Source: Leucoraja ocellata (taxonomy: Eukaryota). Taken from it: a stretch of DNA of 64,000 bases. The translations under genes and the position numbers were made by a program. Of this stretch, positions 1 through 10,642 are shown piece by piece. Within the stretch, counting starts at the first letter, position 1. Every line of letters begins with the position of its first letter. The notes below the pieces were generated by a model. It searched no databases. It was not told where the DNA came from and saw nothing but the letters and a program-made list of their open reading frames with translations. The stretch is taken from NCBI GenBank assembly GCA_036785375.1, contig JAWMAR010000070.1, forward strand, positions 3,968,001 to 4,032,000, read 5' to 3'.

Positions 1-250
1 GTGTCGTGTGAGTCTGTCCGTGGATCCCTTCCCATCCGTTACACATGGTTTGAGAAGAACGAGCATTGGGTTTCAACTACCGTGTATGGCAATCAACTGG
101 ATCTGAGTTGTGAAATCCTCGCCGGCCAACACCGTCAATATTACTGCACAGCCTCAAATAATCATGGGACAAAATCCAGTGAAAGTCTCAACGTGAAAGT
201 CTTCAAAGGAGCAGGAACGTGCAGTTATGTGACAGAAATCAACAATGCAG
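1..250 (+). CDS. Gene A, first C2-type Ig exon (5' end outside window)
   Basis: VSCESVRGSLPIRYTW...YYCTASN; donor GCAG|gtgagt at 250/251; paralog of 18633-18953. Confidence 0.88.
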
Positions 251-1468
251 GTGAGTGTTCTGATCTATTCGCCTTGAGGTGATGTTCATGGATTTCTTGT
301 TATTTGCAGACGGCATCATTGCAGCTCGTGGTGTAAATGTGAGAGTTTGTTTGGGGGACTGGCAATTAATTGGCTGTTGCTTCCACCTGGGATGTGTTGA
401 GCAATTTTAGCAAAGGAGAGACAAACGTGCACGTATCACAACGTGTTTAGTGCATTCCATCAAATTTCGGCCTTCCAACTTAAAAATATTATTTCTGGCT
501 GCCACTTAAGGTCTCATACTCACTTTGAGTCGGAGAACGCACCAAATTCATTCTGTTTGGATCCGCCATCATTTCCAATGAAGGGTGTACAATTTCATGA
601 TTATGTTCATGATTTTAACTGGTAATTTGTGTCAAATTCCAGTAATCTCACAAAATTAAAGTGGAATCTACTTGGCCGTCACTCGATCAAGTATAACCCT
701 TAATTTTGTTAAAGAGAATTTTGAAAAGAACTTCCCAGTAGGTGTGGAGACGTTCAGATTGGAAGTCCAGAATAGAGTGTAAATCAGAGTGACCAAGTTT
801 ATACAAGGCCAGTTCTTCTTAAAATATTTCAGTGTCATTCACCCTTGAGTCTTTATTACAAGATGTAATTCCCCCTCAACTAAATGTTCTTATGTTTTTT
901 TGGTTATTATCATCTTATTTTCCCTTATGCATAATTTCATATATAATTAATTATGTCTCATGAGCAAAAAACATAAATTAACTAATTCACCCCAAAATAA
1001 TTTCATTCACCCTTGGGTGAACCATTCACTAGTTTAAGAAGCACTGGCCTCGGCTACAATTTCGCTGAACACTTGTGCTTGGTCTGTCATGATCCAGAAT
1101 CGCACTTGATAGACACCCCATCCTCAACCGCTGATGCAGAGCAGCAGCAGTTTGCACCATCTGCACGATGCACTGCAGCAACCCACCAAGACTCCCTAGA
1201 CAGCGCCTTCCAATTGCAACAGGCTCAGCGTTCAATGCATCATTATTCACCATTCACACCCACATTGGCTGGGAAGCGTTTGGAACGACCTGTGCAGATG
1301 GTGAGGGACAGTGTATAGTATATGTCTCTCATCGCAATCTAGGTGGAATTCAACAGAGTTAAGAAAATCATTGCGCGGACTCCCCTGTACACATTGACGC
1401 ATACTATAATGTATATGTTTGTGAAAGGCTAATTTTTCTCTTCAATTTATGAAAGATGATTCCTTCAG

Positions 1469-1786
1469 TTTCAGGTGCACTGCGGGCAGAGAGCGAAGTA
1501 CACGGGGTTGTGGGAAGAGCGATCACAATCGATTGTCACTATGCAGCAGTGTACCGCTCACACACAAAATACTGGTGCAACGGGACAAGTCGCCAGTGTA
1601 CACATGCAGTGGAAACAAATGGGGAACATGGACAGAGTGGAAGAGTGTCAATGTCAGATAACCCGGCACGAGGAATATTTACTGTGACTGTGGAGGATCT
1701 TAACTCTGGAGATACAGGATGGTACAGCTGTGGAATTACTACACCTGGCGAACCAACATTTAAAGTATATCTCCAAGTATCTGAAG
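1469..1786 (+). CDS. Gene A, V4 exon (CD300/pIgR-like V-set Ig domain)
   Basis: ttcag|TTTCAG acceptor, GAAG|gtaggt donor, phase 1-1; IDCHY..KYWCNGTSRQC..DTGWYSCG. Confidence 0.9.
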
Positions 1787-2508
1787 GTAGGTTTCTCAAT
1801 GGGTGACTTTATGTCTCCACCTTGGCAACGGACAAAATATTTGTTAGGTGGGAGTCTGGTGCACAGTTCTGGTCGCCGCTTTATAAAACAAAAGATGTGG
1901 AAGGTTTGTAGAGTTTACAGAAACATGTTCACCCGGATATTTAGTAATAGTTTACAAATGTAACATGGAAACGGATCCTTCGGCCCACCGAGTCCTCACC
2001 ACCTAGCGATCACCGGTCACACTAGTTCTATGTTGTTCCACTTCCCCATTCGCTCCCTACACACAATTCTACAATACCGCCATTCACACACCTCATTAGT
2101 GCAACATTATCACTATCAACTATTCTGTGCAAGGAAATTAAAAAGTTGTTGATGGTGATACTGTTGCACTAATGATGTGTTTGAATGTCCAGATTAAAAG
2201 CAGAGGCTCAGATTAAAAGAATATTAACTGCAGATGCTGGAATTGTAAAACAAAGAGATATGGTGCTGCTGTGTACTGGTACAGTGGCAGACATGGTAGT
2301 TCTGGCGACTGGGAGGATGGAGAGACACAGAGATGTCTAAATCTGGTAAATGGATTGTGAGGAGAAGGAGCGCAGAGATGACTTACAAGGATGTTGCGAT
2401 GACTTGAGGGCCTGGTATACAGGGAGGGGTTGAGCAGATTAAGGCTTTATTCCTTGGAGCGCAGGAGGATGAGGGGTGATTTTATTGCAGGTAAAAAAAT
2501 CCTGCGAG

Positions 2509-3209
2509 TTTAAAATAAAATTGGACCCCAACACAGAATTGATTATTTTTGGAACAATGGAAGCCGGGTCTAAGGTGATTTCGTTCCAAAATTCTCTCCT
2601 TAACCATGGCTTGATAACAGCAAAAAAAAAACGTATACTCAAATTCTGGAAGAACGAACCCACCCCCACGCTTAAAATGTGGATTTCAAGCATGTCTGAA
2701 ATGTTACACCTCGAAGATATGAGATTCGGCCTTGCAGGTAAAGCAGACCAATTCCTAAAGATTTGGTCTCCTTTTATCGACTTATTCCAAGTACATGGTG
2801 CAACATAACCCTGGAAATTAACTGTTTCAGAACTGGGTGAGGGGTGTGGAAAGACATGAAGCAGGTATATCCCTTCTCCCTTTTATTCTTTTTCTGTTTT
2901 GTTTCCTTATTATTTTATTTTATTTTCTATTTTTTATTTCTATTTACTAATTTATGTATTTATTTTTCGGGGGGGGGGTTCACGTTTTTTTTGCGGCTTT
3001 ATATCTTTACGGGTTCTTTCTATCTATTCTTTCACGAACTATCAATATCACTACTTAACTTTCTCTCTCCTTCTCTTTTTGTTTCTGTTACTTTTCTATT
3101 AATAAATTAAAAACAAGAAGTTGCACACTAAATGTAATATGTAAAACACGGTTTATACTACTGTACATTGATTCAAATAAAAATATTTATTAAATTTTTT
3201 TTAAATCAC
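2509..3209 (+). mobile_element. 5'-truncated L1-clade LINE (ORF2 C-terminus + T-rich 3' UTR); paralog at 43106-45517 split by a CR1
   Basis: ..ITAKKKRILKFWKNEPTPTLKMWIS..LHLEDMRF..FLKIWSPF resembles fish L1 ORF2 ends; AATAAA; imperfect flanking repeat aaaaatc(ct/ac)gcgag; absent in B and D. Confidence 0.65.
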
Positions 3210-4102
3210 AAAAATCACGCGAGGAATAGATCGAGTAAATACACAGTCTTTTGCCCAGAGTAGGGGAATAGGGAACCAGAGGACATAGTTTTCATATCAG
3301 GGGGAATGATTTAACAGGAACCTGGCGAGTAACGTGTTTACACAAAGGTTGGTAGGTCCATGAAACGAAATGCTGACGGAAGTAGTTATGGCAGGTACTA
3401 TCGTACCGTTTCAGAAAATATTGGACAGTTACATGAATAGGATATGTTTAGAGGGTTAGGGCCAAGAAAGGACAGGTGGAACTAGAGTACTTTGGGCGTG
3501 TTGGTCAGCGCGGGCAAGTTAGGCCGAGGTTTCTACTGTATGACTCTACGAATCTATGTAGATGGGATGGGTCCGACAGTTATATAAACAATGCTCCCTT
3601 TTTCCTGCTGGCAATTCCTGAAATGTAAAAGAGAATCGAAGATTGTCTGATGATATGTCCGCCCTGTGGTCAGTATTCATCACCATGTTATAGGAAAGAT
3701 GCTATCAAGTAAGATTGGGTGCAGAAAAGATTTACAATGATGCTGCCATGACTTGAGTGCCTGAACTCCAGGGAGGGATTGAGCAGACTAGGAATTTATT
3801 TCTGGGAGAGCAGGAGGATGAGGGATGATCTTACGGCAGCTACAAAATCACGCGACGAATAGATCGAGTAAATGCACAGTCTCTTCCGTTTGGAAGCTTA
3901 TGGGCTAAGCAAGGGCAGGTGGAACTAGTGTGGATGGACATGTGGCCTGCTTCTACACTATATGCCTCTATGACTCTAAGTAGATGGATGGGTCAGATTC
4001 CAACCTGGCGGCTCTGGCGAAGATACAGAGATGGTGGATATTGGCGAGTGTTTGATTTTCAGATGTTCACTCAGTGTCTGACTGTTTTCTCCTTTCCCAC
4101 AG

Positions 4103-4423
4103 AACCCGTGTCTGTTCCTGTGCTTGGGTGTCTGTCACCAGCCAATGTCTCTTGTCTCGGGGGCTCAGTGACAGTGTCCTGTGAGTCGGTCCGGGGATCC
4201 CTTCCCATTAACTACAGCTGGTATGAAAAGACCCCATCTGGGGATTCAAAGATCTCAGACAACAATGCCCTGGATCTACATTGTCAATCCTTCAAACACC
4301 AGCACCATCAATATTATTGCACAGTCTCAAATCAACATGGATCAAAATCCAGTGAAATGGTCAACGTGTCCATCTCCAGCAGTGACGTGTCCTGCAGTTT
4401 CCTGGTGAAAATCAACGGCACTG
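4103..4423 (+). CDS. Gene A, membrane-proximal C2-type Ig exon
   Basis: cccacag|AACCC acceptor, ACTG|gtaagt donor; VSCESVRGSLPINYSW..YYCTVSN. Confidence 0.9.
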
Positions 4424-5274
4424 GTAAGTAGTGGAGGGAATGGGGAGAAGAAGGGGAAGTGGGGGTGGGGTTGTTCATAAGATCACATGTGATAGAAGCA
4501 GAAATAGACCATTCAATCATGGCTGATGTATCTTCCCCTCCTCACCCCATTCTCCTGCCTTTTCCCCATAACCCCCGACACCCTGAAATCCATGCACGTT
4601 ATTTAATTACGTTATCAAGATTAAAATGATGGAATTATGGCCCATTTGTCAATACTTGGTTGCTGGGCTCCAGAAATAGATTTCCCAGCGCTGGTGTAGA
4701 CCAGCTTCCCGGCTAGAACTGCCTCTTATGTTTACACAGCTTTAAACTAGGTTTGCAGTGACATCAGTCCAAGCATTTTCACTTTCCATCATCTTCACAT
4801 GACCGACACTCAAATATGTGAAGGGATCAGAAATTATCAGTAAATGTGGCCACAGTTAACTCCTAGACGACGGTATCGCATTTGGGTCACTGTGTTAATG
4901 TTGTCCATTCAATACAATCAATACTCATCCCACTTACCAGCACCTCATCCATTGAGGCAATTCAGGTACCTCTATCTTCTCGGTTTAAAAATATTTATTT
5001 ATACCCTTCAAACATCCTGCTCCTTAACTTACCCATATGTTCTCCACTTTTACACATATCTGTCATGTAAAATGTTCCAAAAATACCCTGTCTATGCTGC
5101 TCATAGTTTTGTACACCTGTAATAGCCCCCCCCCCCTCCTCACCTGTTCTGCATGGAATTTTATAAAACCCCTATCCAACCCCTCCCCATCACTGTAATG
5201 TTTCATCCCAAGCAATACTCCTCTCAAATGAAATTGGACCCTTTTGATTAATTTGTGGATACATCGTGGAAGCA

Positions 5275-5525
5275 GGTTCTTCGTCCCACTGAGTACACAA
5301 CGTCCAGTAATCACCAGTACACTAGTTCCATGGGGACAATTTACAGAAGCCAATTAACCAACACACTTGCAAGAGTTCAGACTGTGGGGAAACTGGAGCA
5401 TTTGTAGAAACCCCACGCGGTCACAGGGAGGAGGTACAAATTCCGTGCAGACAGCATCCGTGGTCAGGATCGAACCCGTGCCTCTGGCTGTAAGGCAGCA
5501 ACTCTACCGCTGCGCCACCGTGCCA
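5275..5525 (-). mobile_element. tRNA-derived SINE (paralogs ~22835-23088, ~47560-47812)
   Basis: Minus strand reads GGCACGGTGGCGCAGCGGTAGAG (A box)..GGTTCGATCC (B box). Confidence 0.7.
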
Positions 5526-5720
5526 TCTACACCTGGAGCCAGAGTTGTTACCAGCACTCCTGCTTGTCATGATAACATCTCCCATTTGCTGCAAATCACA
5601 CAGAAGAAGCATTACCCTGTCTGTTAAGCCTATCAACTCCATTCATCGGAAAACCATAGCTACTTGTTAAACTGCAAGTGAAAAGCAGTGAAACTGACTT
5701 GTATTTCCTTGTTCAAACAG

Positions 5721-5769
5721 GTCTTGAATATTATTGTGAAAATTCGATACCATCCAATTACTCTGCAAG
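5721..5769 (+). CDS. Gene A, 49-nt stalk exon (GLEYYCENSIPSNYSA)
   Basis: Pyrimidine tract + aacag| acceptor, AAG|gtaaaa donor; phase 1 to 2 links the C exon to the TM exon in frame; same size in genes B and C. Confidence 0.7.
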
Positions 5770-7289
5770 GTAAAATGCTCTGTTTCCAATGAAAGTTACA
5801 ATGTACTAATTGCTGGTGTTTTGATTGGGGAATGCTTTAATTGGGAGAAAGTTGTGCCTTCCTTTCACTGGCATTAAATGCGTGAGAGTGTTGAGCCACA
5901 GTCTCACAACGCCACGACATTGGTTCATTAGGAGACCACTGTCTGTGCGTGGTCTGCTTGTTTTGCCTTTAATTGTGTTGGTTTCACTCAAGTGCTCCAG
6001 TTTCCTCCCAGCTCCCAAAGATGAGCCATTTGTAAATTGCCCCATGTGTACAGGAGAGTGGCTGAATCTGTGAAGAATGGGTGGGGTGGGGGTGGGGGTG
6101 GGGGTGGTAGTTGATGAGCAAGTGGGGGAAATGAAAATAGGATTGACACAGGAATCATGTGAATGCAGTTGGCGGAAACGGCCTGTTTCTATACTGTGTT
6201 TCTCTATGGGTCTTTGATCCAATGAACCTAAATGTCACGAAGCATAACCAATTGTTGTACAAGTTTCAAGCCTGACACCAAATATAAACGTATCTATTAA
6301 ATATTAGTTAATACAATAAATATAACTTACAAACCAGTTATTAGTTAACTCATCAGAGGGGGAATCGCACTGGTTTACATCTCATTGTGTTGTGCACATG
6401 CTTGGATGATAAGAACAAGTTCCTCCATTTGATGGTTTTCAGAGAGCGCTCCTTGCAGTATTCAACATTACTGCTCCATCACTCACCTCATCCGAATACA
6501 GCAAAATGAGTTAACTGACTCTCTCTTACTCGTTGATACTTGAAACCATTAAATATTCAATCATAATATAGTCATGAAAGTGGGAACATTTTGTTGTTTA
6601 TCTTATCACAATTGAAATAGATCTGACTTTCTATCACACTCTTGTGTTATACTTGCGTTAGCAAATGTTCATGAAAGCCACTCCGTTATGAGCGAACCTT
6701 TAACCGATTTTTCGAGCACAATTCCTCCATTCACACACCTACCGCGTTGATCCACGAAGTATCCAGGGTGTGAGATTAAGTATAATCATTTTTTAATTTA
6801 TTTTATTAATTGGCCTCATCTGTTTCCATTTTTATTGCCCATCTCCCTTCCATTATTGGAATTGATCCGTTTTTATTATTCCTATCCAAATGGATTTTAT
6901 TATAAACTTCCTTGCAGCTGCATTTTCTTTCTTCCAGGGTATCACACTGTTCTTTGTATCCTTCCACATCCACAGTTTCACTCTCCCGTGACTCTTGGTC
7001 TGAAGAAGGGTCTCGACCCGGAACTTCACGCATTCCTTCTCTCCGGAGAGATGCTGCCTCTCCCGCTGTGTTTCTCCAACATTTTGTGTCCATCGGTTTT
7101 GTATTCACTGCCCCAACTCATGACTTATTTATCTGTCTTCTCTGAATCCATTTAACCGCGTAGTCTCTCATTCCCAGTCTTGTAGCCATGCCCCAGCAAT
7201 GACGTCAACAATTGGTGATCATATGTTGCCCCCCCCCCCCCCCCCCCCCCCCGCCTCTCCCCAAGTCCAACACCCGTTCTTTTACAAAG

Positions 7290-7355
7290 ATGGTCTCCAC
7301 TGACGCTGCTGCTTCGCCGCGCTCCTCTTCACCAAGATTATGAAGCAAATAACAG
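7290..7355 (+). CDS. Gene A, candidate second stalk exon (66 nt, phase 2-2); acceptor uncertain
   Basis: Donor AACAG|gtaaat and open frame (..HQDYEANN) conserved at 25163-25228 and 49536-49601; following intron is only 68 nt. Confidence 0.35.
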
Positions 7356-7423
7356 GTAAATGCTTCAAAGATTAACCGTCTCGTTTCCTCCCATTGACTC
7401 CGTATTTCTTGCCCTTTGCCCAG

Positions 7424-7514
7424 TTACATCTCATGGGAAGTGGGGCGCTGGCTGTTCTTTCTCGTGCTTGTGATCTGGAGTATCTCAACCGCGATGTTCA
7501 CAAGAGGCTCTAAG
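7424..7514 (+). CDS. Gene A, transmembrane exon (YISWEVGRWLFFLVLVIWSISTAMFTRGSK)
   Basis: gcccag| acceptor, AAG|gtaggt donor; hydrophobic helix with Arg near its N-terminal end; 91 nt in A, B and C. Confidence 0.8.
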
Positions 7515-8159
7515 GTAGGTTGTATTGTCATCATGTTCATAAATTATAGGAGCAGAATTAGGCCGTTCAGCCCATCATATCTAATCGGCCCCCAATCACG
7601 GCTGACCTATCCTTCACTCGATCCCATTCACCTGCCTTCTCCCCGTAACCATTGACATCCTTATTTATCAAGAAAATGGAAATCTCCGCCTTAAAAATAT
7701 CAATTAATTTGGACAGATACAAAAATGCTGGAGTAGCTCAGCGGGACAGGCAGCATCTCCGGTGTGAATTAACTTGGCCTCCACAGCCTCCTGTGGCAAT
7801 GAAATCCATAGATTCACCAGAAGGGATTCGCCCAAAGCAATCCCTTCTCTTCGCCGAGTGTTTCCAAACGGTTTTCCATTAATGCTTTCATATATCCTGT
7901 CCATCGATAGAAACAAAAATCGTGCACGTTTTCATATCCTGAAGTTAAACCAAATCTCTATGTTGATGATATCACGAGGTTCTGTCAGGTTGTACGCGTG
8001 CAGGGTGGATTTCTGTGCCCGGTGTGGGTTCGTTGGCATTGGATTAAATAATTCGTGGGTTAGCATCTTGCAGACAGCAATGTGTTGAGAGTGGCCGGGA
8101 CAAATAAAGCGTGGTTCCCACTGTCAGTCTGTCTGATGACTTCACATTGTCTTTTGCAG

Positions 8160-8207
8160 AGACGCGATGACACAGAACCTCGCCACTCGACCCACGAATT
8201 ACAATGA
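8160..8207 (+). CDS. Gene A, terminal coding exon (RRDDTEPRHSTHELQ*)
   Basis: cttttgcag| phase-0 acceptor, TGA stop, two AATAAA ~200 bp downstream; coding sequence identical in B and C. Confidence 0.65.
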   Translation, partial: RRDDTEPRHSTHELQ

Positions 8208-8404
8208 AGACTCCTAGCTTGCACCATCTTAATTTTTGTCACCTCTTCCAAGGTTTCTTTCGTCAGCTTCGAACTATTGTTTTAACCTTTGCGTGGTTTC
8301 TGCTGCTTCAGAGTTTTATCCTCTGTTAAACTATATTATATGCACACAATTTCCTGGATTTTTTTTCACAGATTAATGAATAATAATGCAACAGAATGCT
8401 TCTT

Positions 8405-8427
8405 AATAAATGGCTGTTGTCAATAAA
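8405..8427 (+). terminator. Tandem AATAAA polyadenylation signals of gene A (paralogs 28460-28482, 50645-50667)
   Basis: AATAAA at 8405 and 8422 followed by GT/T-rich sequence; conserved in three copies. Confidence 0.55.
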
Positions 8428-8562
8428 CGGTTTGTCTAATTTGTTTTGATTAGACTGCTGGATATTCCTCTTGTTGCCAAACATTAAAGGCGATTAGGGA
8501 AGACATTCAACTAATCTTTCAGACTATGCTATCCCATCAGACCAAAATTATGCAACGGCATT

Positions 8563-9157
8563 AACCATATAACCATATAACCATATAACCATTACAGCAC
8601 GGAAACAGCCCTACAAGTCCGTGCCGAACAATTGTTTTTCCCCTTAGTCCCACCTGCCTGCACTCATACCATAACCCTCCATTCCCTTCTCATCCATATG
8701 CCTATCCAATTTATTTTTAAATGATACCAATGAACCTGCCTCCACCACTTCCACTGGAAGCTCATTCCACACCGCTACCACTCTCTGCGTAAAGAAGTTC
8801 CCCCTCATATTACCCCTAAACTTCTGTCCCTAAATTCTGAAGTCATGTCCTCTTGTTTGAATCCTCCCTATTCTCAAATGGAAAAGCTTGTCCACATCAA
8901 CTCTGTCTATCCCTCTCATCATTTTAAAGACCTCTATCAAGTCCCCCCTCAACCTTCTGCGCTCCAGAGAATAAAGACCTAACTTATTCAACCTATCTCT
9001 GTAACTTAGTTGTTGAAACCCAGGCAACATTCTAGTAAATCTCCTCTGTACTCTCTCTAATTTGTTGACATCCTTCCTATAATTGGGCGACCAAAATTGT
9101 ACACCATACTCCAGATTTGGTCTCACCAATGCCTTGTACAATTTTAACATTACATCT
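8563..9157 (-). mobile_element. 5'-truncated CR1 LINE with (ATATGGTT)n tail and 6-bp TSD GGCATT
   Basis: LYKALVRPNLEY..LERRRLRGDLIE peptide; empty paralogous site at 50797-50802. Confidence 0.9.
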
Positions 9158-9269
9158 GGCATTGTTCTGGCTATTAGCCTTATTTATCTCTGCGCAGACG
9201 CTGACTGACGCGCTAAGCACATCCAACATGTACAGATTTCATTGCCGATATGCAACTAATTTTAAGGTA

Positions 9270-9970
9270 GGAAGGAACTGCAGATGCTGGTTTAAACTGA
9301 AGATAGGCATAAATTGCTGGGGTAACTCAGCGTGACAGGCGGCATCAGTAGATAGATCAGGTAGGGGTAGGCAGACTGGGGGGCGGTGTTCAGCGAAACG
9401 ATTGCTGAGCCTGCGATTGTTCTCGCTTCTCGGCGATCGTTTTGCTGAACACCTCCGTTGAGTCCGCCCCTACCTGATATCCCGGTCGCTAAACACGGTA
9501 ACTCCTCCCTCCCATTCCCACACTGACATTCCTGTCCTGGGCATGCTCCATTGTCAGAGTAAGTTGCCGCACAAATTGGAGGAACTGCACCTCATTTTTC
9601 GCTTGGGTTGGTTACATCCCAGCGGTGTGAACGGTGACTTATCTAACTTCAAGTAACCCTTGCATTCCCTCTCAATCAAACACCCCCCCCCCCCCACCCC
9701 CCCCCCCCCCCCCCTTCCCAGTTATCCGATCAGTCTGACGGTCTCCGACTACGTTTTATCTCTAATAACTTTATTGTTACCTTCTCCCAGCTAACAATGA
9801 CCTATTTTACATTTCCTTTGATCTGCAAACCCTTTGTCCCGTTTTCACACCTTACTATTCCTTATCCCTCTCCCCTGACTTTAACCTGAAGAAGGGTCTC
9901 GACCCGAAACGTCACCCATTCCTTTCATCCAGATATGCTACCTGTCCCGCTGAGTTACTCCAGCATGTTG
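9270..9970. mobile_element. Degenerate Penelope-like-derived repeat (paralog ~50905-51600)
   Basis: Similar to the sequence downstream of the GIY-YIG-like fragment at 59730-60260; ctgaagaagggtctcgacccgaaacgtc end motif. Confidence 0.5.
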
Positions 9971-9973
9971 TAC

Positions 9974-10120
9974 ATGGCTAAAGGGATCAGGGGGTATGGA
10001 GAGAAGGCAGGTACAGGATACTGAGTTGGATGATCAGCCATCATCATATTGAATGGCGGTGCAGGCTCGATGGGCCGAATGGCCTACTCCTGCACCTATT
10101 TTCTATGTATCTATGTTTCT
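9974..10120 (+). mobile_element. CR1 3'-end fragment with (TTTCTATG)n-type tail (paralog 51603-51748)
   Basis: Matches 3' end of the element at 35338-39911. Confidence 0.8.
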
Positions 10121-10339
10121 AACAATTTTTTTGGATTAAGTAATTGAAAGATACAGCATGGATACAGACCATTTGGCTCACCGAGTCCACGTCAACCAGT
10201 AATCAACCCTTTCACACGAGTTCTATATCACACCACGTTCGCGTCTTTTGAGTACCGTAATATTGATAAACATTTTAATGCTGCAACGAGTTGTTCATTT
10301 TGCCACCGTGCAAAGGAGTTAAAGGACTACAAACAATGG

Positions 10340-10642
10340 CCAATGTGGTGCAACGGTAGAGATGCTGCCTTACAACGCTTGCAGCGCCGAAGACCCGGGT
10401 TCGATCCCGACTGCGGGAGCTGTCTGTGCGGAGTTTGTACGTTCTCCCCATAACATCGTGTTTTCTCTGAGATCTCCAAGGACGTACATATCGATTGGTT
10501 AATTGGCATGCTATACATGTAAATCGTCCCCAGTGTGTGTGGGGTAGTGTAATGTGCGGGGATTGCTGGTCCGTGTGGACTCGGTGGGCCGAAGGGCCTG
10601 TTTCATCGCTGTATCTCCAAACTAAACTAAACTAAACTAAAC
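10340..10642 (+). mobile_element. tRNA-derived SINE with (AAACT)n tail (paralogs ~51968-52262; partial ~28840-29057)
   Basis: B box GGTTCGATCCC; tail aaactaaactaaact. Confidence 0.7.

Noticed and set aside
2844-3110. Very hydrophobic Phe/Leu-rich ORFs resembling membrane proteins (also 45202-45501)
   Set aside because: T-rich L1 3' UTR.
6430-6515. Alternative terminal exon for a secreted isoform (ttttcag|AGAGCG..)
   Set aside because: Stop position differs between copies and nothing else supports it without transcripts.
10340-10430. tRNA gene
   Set aside because: A/B boxes only, followed by SINE body and simple-repeat tail; no clear cloverleaf.
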